Shown piece by piece: positions 10,971-19,236 of a DNA stretch of 35,326 nucleotides. Position numbers and translations under genes: made by a program. Position 1 is the stretch's first letter, and each line of letters begins with the position of its first letter. This DNA comes from Thermoleophilia bacterium. Its GTDB lineage: Bacteria > Actinomycetota > Thermoleophilia > BMS3ABIN01. The DNA is taken from contig JAUSDE010000014.1 in the NCBI GenBank assembly GCA_030650885.1, positions 1 through 35,326 on the forward strand, read 5' to 3'. Below the pieces are notes generated by a model, which saw nothing but the letters and a program-made list of their open reading frames with translations, was not told where the DNA came from and ran no database searches.

Positions 10971-10999
10971 ATAATAACCTTCCAGTCGATGGTTAGGGT

Positions 11000-11008
11000 T
11001 GCTATAAT
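11000..11008 (+). promoter_or_regulatory. Extended -10 promoter for the HD-GYP gene
   Basis: TGCTATAAT about 80 nt upstream of the probable start at 11087. Confidence 0.6.
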
Positions 11009-11086
11009 GCGACCACTTGGCCGCGCGGGCTGTCCATGTGTGTAGGGTGCGGCGTCGCTTTCATCGACTACTTGGGGAGGGTACCG

Positions 11087-12490
11087 ATGGCAGACAGAGA
11101 TCAAGCCAGGCAAAAAGCTCTGGTTGTGCTGACTGCTGTATTAAGCCTCTCGGCTGGTGCCATCTTCTATTATCTTTCCTCGAGATCTTCTTGGTCTAAT
11201 GAAGTAATTTCCCAAACTATTCTTTTGACCATAATTGCCTGGATTGCAGAAGTTCAAGCAGTACAATTCTCAAACCGCGTCCAAGTTAGTAGTGCTAATC
11301 TCCCCGTCCTTCTAGGAATATTTTTTCTCGGTCCTGCGCAAGCTGCCTTAATCGCATGTTTGAGTATATTAGCTGTAAGTCGTGGAAAAGATTACTTACG
11401 AATAATTTTCATAGTTGCTTCGAGTGCTGTTTCAGTGATGACGGTCGGAGCACTTTTTGAATATCTAAGCAGCATTCTTGGTTTCGGAGTGCCGGCTTCA
11501 TTTATTTCCGTTGGCTTTGTCGTCGCTGGCGTTCTCGTTGGCATTATTTGGGAAATAGCAGATTTTTCGTTTACATCCATTGGGATCGCGCTTAGATACA
11601 AGCAAAAGATTATTTCCCTATGGAAAAATAATTTTTTCCCCGCGCTGCCCTCTCAATTAATGATCCTGGGCGTAGGCATAGTTATCGCAGCCGTTTATAT
11701 AAGCGCCGGGATTGCAGCGGCATCCCTGTTCTTCGTGCCAATATTTGCAAGTCAGCACGTATACAAATTACTTGTGCAACAAAAAGAACTACTGGCTGAG
11801 CAGACCAATTTATCTGAAGACCTGATGGATATGAACATTGGCTTGGCGGGAGCCATGATAATGCTGTTGGATAGTAAAGATCATTACACTGCTAGCCATT
11901 CTGCCGGAGTTGCTATGTACTGTCGTGATATGGCCAGAATGATGGGCATGTCCGAGGATGAGCAGCGAATTGCTCATATGGCCGGTCTACTCCATGACCT
12001 GGGAAAAGTCGGTACTCCCGATGCTATTCTTAAGAAGGATGGTGAACTAACAGCGAGAGAATGGGAGCAGATCAAAGAACATCCCACTACAGCAGCAGAG
12101 GTGCTTTCTCAGCTGGCAACACATACAGAAATCGCTGATATAATCCGTCACCACCAGGAGCATTTCGACGGCTCAGGCTATCCTTATGGTATAAGTGGTG
12201 AAGAAATCCCAGAAATGAGTCGGATGCTTTCCGTGGCCGATACATACCATGCCTTGACCTCAGATAGGCCATATCGAGCCGCAAAGAGCCCCTTTGAGGC
12301 ACTAATAATCCTTAGAAAAGTTGCTGGTACACAACTTGATCCCAAGTACGTTGAAGTGATGGCTCAAGTACTAAAGAACGAGGACCTGAGTTACAGGGAG
12401 GGAAGCAAGGCCGACTTTCTCAGTGAATTCCGAAAAGGCCGGCCCGGCCTTAAGTTGGACGATCTCCGCACAACTGCGGATGAAGCCTAA
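11087..12490 (+). CDS. Membrane-sensor HD-GYP cyclic dinucleotide phosphodiesterase
   Basis: ATG 11087 behind GGGGAGG; multi-TM N-terminus (resembles MASE9-type sensors, inference); YTASHS, GLLHDLGK, IKEHP, HHQEHFDGSGYP, VADTYHALTSDRPYR. Confidence 0.92.
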   Translation: MADRDQARQKALVVLTAVLSLSAGAIFYYLSSRSSWSNEVISQTILLTIIAWIAEVQAVQFSNRVQVSSANLPVLLGIFFLGPAQAALIACLSILAVSRGKDYLRIIFIVASSAVSVMTVGALFEYLSSILGFGVPASFISVGFVVAGVLVGIIWEIADFSFTSIGIALRYKQKIISLWKNNFFPALPSQLMILGVGIVIAAVYISAGIAAASLFFVPIFASQHVYKLLVQQKELLAEQTNLSEDLMDMNIGLAGAMIMLLDSKDHYTASHSAGVAMYCRDMARMMGMSEDEQRIAHMAGLLHDLGKVGTPDAILKKDGELTAREWEQIKEHPTTAAEVLSQLATHTEIADIIRHHQEHFDGSGYPYGISGEEIPEMSRMLSVADTYHALTSDRPYRAAKSPFEALIILRKVAGTQLDPKYVEVMAQVLKNEDLSYREGSKADFLSEFRKGRPGLKLDDLRTTADEA

Positions 12491-12769
12491 GATACACCCC
12501 GGTTGATCTACTCTCTCCCACTCATCATCTCACTTCCGCTGTTTGGTAGTTCCCCACTCTCACCGTTCCCCACTGCAGAAGCGTAGATCAACCTCCCCGA
12601 GAATTGAAAACCGCTGGGCGAAGTTTCCAATCGTTCTCAAGACCCACTACCCTATCGTATCTTTTGTCCTTCTTGCTCCTCCCTCGTTATCCAACGCTAC
12701 CGTGGACAACATCAACATCATGACTCTAGCAGGCATTATCTTTCATGTAATCATCCTTTGGATGTATTT

Positions 12770-15604
12770 TTAATCAAGAAAAGTTGTATCTTTTTCAGCT
12801 TGTTTTTGAAAATATAAGGCTGCATCGAGGCGGTTCGTAAAACCCATCTTCCTGAAAATTTTTACTACGTGAGTTTTCACTGTTCGCTCTGAGATATAGA
12901 GCATTTGTGCAATTTGGTTATTTGTTAATCCAAGTGAAAGCTTTTCAAGGACTTCAACTTCCCTCATTGTTAGCAGATCTGAAGGACTCTTTAAATTCTT
13001 GCGAAGTTTATACAGGGATTTTCTCACAATTTCTTGTACACTAACTTCGCTGTCATGTCGCATTCTCCTCAAAAGGGCGAGCGCACCGGTCGAACCTATT
13101 CCGCATAACAATTTCGCAATTTTTTCTCTAATTATTTTGTCATCATGTTTTAGTAACGGTTCGATTGAATCCAGCGACCCTTGACCAATTTGCTCGAGAA
13201 TCCAAAAGACATAATCACTCTTTATACCAATTTCCAGGGCAGCCGTAAAAAGGGGTAAGGAAATTCTGCCTTCTTGAATAATGTAATGGTTATGCTGAAA
13301 TTTATCAGCACGTTGTAAAGCTCTAGTTAGATAATATTTCATCTTAAGTTCGTCACTATTCGTGTAACTAGCCCAGGCTCGACTAAAGTCAATTTGAGTA
13401 TTTACATAATTAAGGCCGTATTTTTTTGCGTAGCATTTAGCTGTATTGAAATATTCTTCCGCCTCATCAAATTTATATAGACGTAAAAGATCGGCTGCTA
13501 TATTCGCATTACTCATTGCGACTTCATAAAGTTCATCTGTCAATAAAGCTTCCGACAAGCTGCTCTTATGGAATTTTAATGCTTCACTGGGGTTACCTTG
13601 CCGTCTTGATAAAGTCCCCAGGTGGCAGAGAGAGTCGGCAGTAACATCACTTCGTTTCTGATCAATCCTCAGGGAAACCTCAAGTGCCTCTTCCAATAGT
13701 TGCTTCCCCTTTTTTGCCTCTCCATTGGCGATATGAATGCATCCCAATGTATCTAGAATGGAGGGCAACAATTTGAGTTCATGTCGTTTCTTGATGCCAT
13801 CTTCACAAAGCAAGGCTAATCGTAAAGCTTCATCATATTTACCAAGCATCATCAGACAAGATGCTAAATTGTTTTCGTAGAAATACTGTTGGCTATTTGA
13901 TAACCCATCCCTCGAGCAATACTTAGATAGCGATTTGTATGCAATTTGAAAAATTCCCTGACGCATATTCTGCATTTCCGCTATATTTGTAAAACAAGTT
14001 TTTTGGATACTGTCATCTTCACAAAGAACTGAGTTTGCCATATCGCAACATAATTGAATGCCGTGTTGGTCAAAACTAATCCAATAACTAATAGCTAATT
14101 GAGAAATTACCTCTAGCCTTAGTTCTGGCGATAAGCATCGCAATAAATGGTCCTTTAGTATTTCTATAGCTTCATGTTTATTTCCCAATTCGTTGAGGCA
14201 TTCGCACTCTGCAATTAGTGACTTTGATAGCATCACAAGATTACTTGGGTTCAGAAGTTTTTTGACTTTTTTTAAATCGTTCAGCGCCTTACGAAACTTC
14301 CCAGCTGACATCAGGATCATGGCCTTCTGGATCTGCAAGGTGGGGGTAATGAATATCTCCGGCAGGGAATCGATCCATTTTTCCAGTGTTGCGTACTCTG
14401 CGGAGTTGAGCATTTGATCGCCTGCTTTTTCGATCAGTGCTGCAGCATCGGAGTATTTTTCAGCCGATAGATATTGTTCGATGGCTTTCCATTCCTTCCC
14501 CGCATCCACAAATGCTTTCGCATAATCGTTCCTGATGCGGTTTATGTCCTCCTGTTCATTCTGTTGAAGCAACCGTGAATTAAGGAAGTCACGAAAAAGT
14601 GGGTGATACCGATACATAGCCGCTTCGTCGAGCCTGTTAGTGAAAAGGTTGCGTTGTTCCGCCTCCGCCAGCAATTTTCCTGTACCTGCTAATCCCAGAG
14701 CCTTTTCGCATATAGTCGGATCCACGGGGTCGATCAACGCTGACTTTATCAAAAGCTCCTGCATTTCGACCGGCTGGTTGTTGAGAACTTCCTCTGCAAG
14801 ATATTCATATACATTTTGCTGCATGCGGCTTTGAGAGAATAGATCAGGCATATCGCTACCAGACCTGAGATAGTTCTCAGTCAGCACCAGCCCAGCCGCC
14901 CATCCCTCCGTGCTTCTATGCACTTTGTTCAGAACCGCCGGAGAAGCCTGGATTTCCCAGATATCAGTCAGGCTGGATAATTCGTCCAGGGAAAATTGAA
15001 GGTCCTCATCATTCACGTCCAAGATCAAGCCCTGAGTACGCAAACGGCCAAGGCTGAGTTCAGGGTAATTACGAGTGGCGATGACTAGCTGGGAATTTTC
15101 TGAAAGATTCCGTACCAGATACTCAGCAATGCGAGACCCATGATCAAATTCGTCAAATAGATGAAAATCATCAAAACAAAGCATGAGTGGAGAATCGCCG
15201 TTTTCACGAAGTTCATCGATCAGTACGGCCAGAACGCTCTCAATCTCTACTGAAAATTCAGTGACATCGCCCAGACGCGAGCGGGCTCGGGCTCTTTCGA
15301 ATCCACACGCGTGAGTTATTCCGGCGATAAGGTGCCGCAGGAACACGGCAGGGTCGCGATCCAGATCGTCTACTTGATACCAGACACTGAAACCGGTGAA
15401 TTCCCGGAGCATCTGCGCCATCAGAGTCGTCTTGCCAAAACCCGGGCCTGCGCAGATACTTATTAAGCGCGGAGCGCCGTTTGATCCCGGCCACATTAAG
15501 AGTCGCGGTCGTTCCAGAACCTGGCGCAATCTTGGCGGCCTTAGTTTACCTTCAAGAATATATTTCGAATTTTTGTCCGGCCCTACGACTTCCCGCGGCT
15601 GCAC
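12770..15604 (-). CDS. MalT/LAL-type regulator: STAND ATPase + TPR + HEAT + LuxR HTH
   Basis: KLRPPR, Walker A CAGPGFGKTT, Walker B LCFDDFH, TEGWAAGL, YRYHPLFRDFL, TPR region, HEAT-like pair, LTMREVEVL..ISERTVKTHV. Confidence 0.92.
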   Translation of the reverse strand: MQPREVVGPDKNSKYILEGKLRPPRLRQVLERPRLLMWPGSNGAPRLISICAGPGFGKTTLMAQMLREFTGFSVWYQVDDLDRDPAVFLRHLIAGITHACGFERARARSRLGDVTEFSVEIESVLAVLIDELRENGDSPLMLCFDDFHLFDEFDHGSRIAEYLVRNLSENSQLVIATRNYPELSLGRLRTQGLILDVNDEDLQFSLDELSSLTDIWEIQASPAVLNKVHRSTEGWAAGLVLTENYLRSGSDMPDLFSQSRMQQNVYEYLAEEVLNNQPVEMQELLIKSALIDPVDPTICEKALGLAGTGKLLAEAEQRNLFTNRLDEAAMYRYHPLFRDFLNSRLLQQNEQEDINRIRNDYAKAFVDAGKEWKAIEQYLSAEKYSDAAALIEKAGDQMLNSAEYATLEKWIDSLPEIFITPTLQIQKAMILMSAGKFRKALNDLKKVKKLLNPSNLVMLSKSLIAECECLNELGNKHEAIEILKDHLLRCLSPELRLEVISQLAISYWISFDQHGIQLCCDMANSVLCEDDSIQKTCFTNIAEMQNMRQGIFQIAYKSLSKYCSRDGLSNSQQYFYENNLASCLMMLGKYDEALRLALLCEDGIKKRHELKLLPSILDTLGCIHIANGEAKKGKQLLEEALEVSLRIDQKRSDVTADSLCHLGTLSRRQGNPSEALKFHKSSLSEALLTDELYEVAMSNANIAADLLRLYKFDEAEEYFNTAKCYAKKYGLNYVNTQIDFSRAWASYTNSDELKMKYYLTRALQRADKFQHNHYIIQEGRISLPLFTAALEIGIKSDYVFWILEQIGQGSLDSIEPLLKHDDKIIREKIAKLLCGIGSTGALALLRRMRHDSEVSVQEIVRKSLYKLRKNLKSPSDLLTMREVEVLEKLSLGLTNNQIAQMLYISERTVKTHVVKIFRKMGFTNRLDAALYFQKQAEKDTTFLD

Positions 15605-15708
15605 TTTCCCTCATTTCCCCACCCCGTGTTTTATGCACTCTGACCTAACAAGAACGCCAATTCAGGGCATAAATGTTCGATCACAGCATGTGAATATGTC
15701 ACTCAAAT

Positions 15709-18549
15709 CTAATTACCTCTTCCCGACTCGTCACTTCCTGCACAATTATTATTCTTCTGGTATATGGCCGCAACTTGCGAGCGGCTGGTCAAGCCCAGTT
15801 TTCTGAATATGCTGCTGATATGAGTTTTCGCGGTCGGCTCGCTGATATACAGGCGCTCGGCGAGCTCGGCGTTGCTCATGCCCTCGGCCATGAGTTCCAT
15901 CACCTGATTCTCGCGACGGGTCAGAATCTCTTCCGGAGCATCAATCGTAGACCGCAGACAACGCAGCTCTGCATTAGCTGCCCGCCGAACCGAAACATCC
16001 TGGTCACGGAGCACCCGCCTTATGTAGGGCGCAGCCGCAACGCCACCCGAGGCTGTCAGGGCGGTGATCGCCGCAGCTTTGATCTGAGGCGAACCACTAT
16101 TTAGTAGTGATGCAAAGTCCTCCAGCGCTATCGGGCCTATTGATGGAAGGATTCCTATCATGTACTCGCGTTCGATGTCATGCATGAAAGCAAGTGCCAA
16201 AAGACCTGTGCTAATCCTGCCCTCCTGAATTATGAAGTTATTATGCTGGTATAGAGCGGCAAGTTGCAGAGATTTGCCTATTTCCACGAGCGCCCGTTCC
16301 TCATCCCCGTCCTCGAAAGCAGAACAGGCAAAAATATAATGGACCTGCGTGGAAATATATTTATAGCCGTGCCTCACCGCCAGAATTTGAGCTTCTTCAA
16401 GGTCGTTGATGCCTTGCGGGTCATCATGTTTCCGCCTGAGCCTGTCCGCGCCAAGATTAACCAGGCAGCTCGCGGCCGAATACTGATTTCCCCCGTCACG
16501 ATGATGCAGATACATCGAATGTGCTTCGATCGCCTTATCCAGATCGCCCTGGCGCCGGAAGTGAGATCCCAGATATTTTGGACTGTAGAAGGGGCCAAGA
16601 ACCCTGGAGTCACCAACCTCCCTGTCGAGCGCCTCTATGATCTTTTGGCCGGTATCGCCGTCTTCAATGTTAAGCAGAACAACTCCCCTCAGGAATTCGT
16701 ACCCCATCCTTAGTTGCTGATCCTCATCGCCAAGATATTCGCTCCGCTCAGCGATCGCAGCCAGGGCTTCCTCGTATCTGCCCATCTCATAAAGTGAAAA
16801 TATTTTCCAGGTAAGGATATAGAACCTGATGAGCATCGGCGAGCGCATGCTTGATTCCCCCTGCAGCTCGACGGCTTTATCCTGCAGCAACTGGAACTCT
16901 CCGGCAAACCAGCTGGAAGCCATCCCGTTTGTCGCGAGCACGAAGCGCGTCTCAACCATCGTTACATCACACAAGTCTGTCGCCTGCTCCATAAGTTCCA
17001 ACGCCTCCTGCCCGAACCCCAACAGCAGATTCTGCGTTGCCATGCGGGAAAGAGCCGCCACCTTCTGCTCTGGAGTCATGGCCCATTTCAGGGACTCGGC
17101 AGCGTTTTCCAGGCTTTGGGCGTGCATGTCCCTCATAAAGAAGAATTCAGCTTGGGACAATGCACAGGCGAACAGGCCATCAGAGTCACCATCCCGGGCG
17201 AAGCCATCAGCTGCAGCTTTATACCAGCGCACCGCCAGTTCCACATCCCCCTTATGCTCGCTGGTTCTCGCGGAGTAATACGACATCCAGGGCCTGACCA
17301 TGATGGTATCTTCCGGAATCTGGGAGAGCCATTCCGCCACCGTATCGTAGTGGCCTGCCTCCAGAATCGCTCCGCCCTTTGTCTCGATTATGTCCACAGC
17401 CAGAGCGGGAGATCGCGATTCAAGGAAATGATGAATGGCGAAGTCATATTGTTCATGATCCGCATATGCCTTTCCATAGCGTCCATTCAATGCGTCTATA
17501 TCAGAAATCGGCATGCTTTGTTCGAGCTTGTTCTTAAGAAACTGGCGGACGAGCGGTTGATAAATATAGCTTTTGCCTTCTTCCAGACAGGTTATCATCA
17601 GGTTACGCGTTTCCAGTTCCCGAAGATGCCTGGCCGAGTTCGGTTTTCCATCACCGGCCGTCAAAGCCTGGTCGCAGATTCGAACCTCGACTGCTTCAAG
17701 AATTGAGGTCTCTATAAGGAACTGCTGCAATTCATCGCTCAGCTCTGACCAGACTTCCTCAGCGAGGTAACCGGCTATTGCGCCATGCACACCCAGCAAT
17801 TCCGGATTTACATGAATTGGCAATCGCCGATCAACAGTCAGCAGATTTCTGGCAAGAACGATGGCCACCGGCCATCCCTCAGTGGCGGCGTACCATACCT
17901 TCAGCTCCTCTTCATCCAGTTCCCTGCCGCAACAGCCGTTGAAAATCTCTGCCATCTCTTCGATTGTGAACCTGAGGTCTTCCGTGTCGATTTCCTTCAG
18001 ATTCCTCTGCGTTCGAAGCCGCCCAAGTGACAGAGATGGCTTTCCCCTGCTGGCGATGACGACACGGAAATCTGGGGGCAGATGCGTGATCAGGAATTGC
18101 ACAGCGCCGGCAATATACTCGAAATCCTTCACCAGCTGGAACTCATCGAAAAAAAATACAAACGGCGCTGTTGCGGCGCCGCTGATCTCATTGATGAATA
18201 CCGTCAGGTAACTCTCACATTTGTCAGCATCGTCCATCTTGCCTGGCAGGGCCCTCTCCAGTGAAACACCGAATTCGGGTAAGTGCCGGTTCACGCCCTC
18301 AACCATATGAGCCAGAAATACTGCCAGAGCTCTGTCTGCCGAACTGAACTGATACCAGATTCCCTGACTGTCACGCAGAGACTGGTAGAACTGGCCCATG
18401 AGTGTGGTCTTGCCATATCCCGCGTCGGCGCAGAGGACGGTCAGACGCTCATCGCTCGAACTGAAATCGTCCACGAGCCTGATTCTGGGCAGCATGCGGC
18501 TGCAATCCGGCGGAATCAGCTTGGTTTCAAGGATCAACGGTTTCTTCAT
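15709..18549 (-). CDS. Second MalT/LAL-type regulator: STAND ATPase + TPR + HEAT + LuxR HTH
   Basis: TKLIPP, CADAGYGKTT, FFFDEFQ, TEGWPVAI, HEAT-like pair, LTRRENQVM..ISEPTAKTHI. Confidence 0.92.
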   Translation of the reverse strand: MKKPLILETKLIPPDCSRMLPRIRLVDDFSSSDERLTVLCADAGYGKTTLMGQFYQSLRDSQGIWYQFSSADRALAVFLAHMVEGVNRHLPEFGVSLERALPGKMDDADKCESYLTVFINEISGAATAPFVFFFDEFQLVKDFEYIAGAVQFLITHLPPDFRVVIASRGKPSLSLGRLRTQRNLKEIDTEDLRFTIEEMAEIFNGCCGRELDEEELKVWYAATEGWPVAIVLARNLLTVDRRLPIHVNPELLGVHGAIAGYLAEEVWSELSDELQQFLIETSILEAVEVRICDQALTAGDGKPNSARHLRELETRNLMITCLEEGKSYIYQPLVRQFLKNKLEQSMPISDIDALNGRYGKAYADHEQYDFAIHHFLESRSPALAVDIIETKGGAILEAGHYDTVAEWLSQIPEDTIMVRPWMSYYSARTSEHKGDVELAVRWYKAAADGFARDGDSDGLFACALSQAEFFFMRDMHAQSLENAAESLKWAMTPEQKVAALSRMATQNLLLGFGQEALELMEQATDLCDVTMVETRFVLATNGMASSWFAGEFQLLQDKAVELQGESSMRSPMLIRFYILTWKIFSLYEMGRYEEALAAIAERSEYLGDEDQQLRMGYEFLRGVVLLNIEDGDTGQKIIEALDREVGDSRVLGPFYSPKYLGSHFRRQGDLDKAIEAHSMYLHHRDGGNQYSAASCLVNLGADRLRRKHDDPQGINDLEEAQILAVRHGYKYISTQVHYIFACSAFEDGDEERALVEIGKSLQLAALYQHNNFIIQEGRISTGLLALAFMHDIEREYMIGILPSIGPIALEDFASLLNSGSPQIKAAAITALTASGGVAAAPYIRRVLRDQDVSVRRAANAELRCLRSTIDAPEEILTRRENQVMELMAEGMSNAELAERLYISEPTAKTHISSIFRKLGLTSRSQVAAIYQKNNNCAGSDESGRGN

Positions 18550-18729
18550 CGCTTCTTACTCTATTGTGGGAAAAATGTACCCAATAACAGTGACCGTACA
18601 GAAAAACGTGGTGTTTCTGTTTGGCATACAACTATAGGGTGATTCGGTCATGATGTCTATCATACTTTGGTTGTATATTGCTTGGTAAAAAGTCGTAGTT
18701 TTATCGATTGTTAATATCCCCCAAGGCAT

Positions 18730-18767
18730 AAAAAAAGAACCCCGTCGTCGTTCGACCACGGGGTTCT
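18730..18767 (-). terminator. Intrinsic terminator of the cold-shock gene
   Basis: Minus strand AGAACCCCGTGGTCGAACGACGACGGGGTTCT followed by a T run. Confidence 0.85.
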
Positions 18768-18789
18768 CAAGCTTCGATTTTCGTGAAAA

Positions 18790-18990
18790 CTATTGCGGGA
18801 CGACGTTGGAAGCCTGCAGGCCCTTCGCCCCTTCAGTAACTTCGAATTCGACTTTCTGGCCCTCGTTGAGGGTCTTGTAACCCTCTACCTGGATCTCGGA
18901 GAAGTGGACGAAGAGATCTTCGCCGTCTTCCCTCTCGATAAAGCCGTAACCCTTTTCGTTACTGAACCATTTTACGGTTCCGTCTGACAA
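18790..18990 (-). CDS. cspA: Cold-shock protein (CspA family)
   Basis: [30 protein letters not shown]; TTG start. Confidence 0.97.
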   Translation of the reverse strand: MSDGTVKWFSNEKGYGFIEREDGEDLFVHFSEIQVEGYKTLNEGQKVEFEVTEGAKGLQASNVVPQ

Positions 18991-19095
18991 CCTTCTACCC
19001 TCCCATCTGCTTGCCCATACAACCGCGGGGCCGCTGTACTTTTCTCACTGCCCGAAAAGCTTTTTAACCGCCGCAGGCAGATCTGATACGGGAAA

Positions 19096-19124
19096 ACAGT
19101 ACTACAACATCAAGGGGTTGTAAA
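19096..19124 (-). promoter_or_regulatory. sigma70-type promoter of the cold-shock gene
   Basis: TTTACA-17 nt-TACTGT, giving a 5' UTR of about 100 nt as is typical for csp genes. Confidence 0.6.
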
Positions 19125-19236
19125 GTAGTAAAGCCGCGATTTTCAGGGTCCTGTTTTATTGTAAATATGCGGACCTGTGGGTATGGTTAATCCGCGTGAA
19201 GCTATCTATGGCGGGGCTGTTCCCCGCGAGATTTTC

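Noticed and set aside
12543-12773. 76-aa ORF and short minus-strand ORFs between HD-GYP and the STAND gene as a second peptide gene
   Set aside because: No convincing RBS-start pairing and no similarity to the 10871 peptide.
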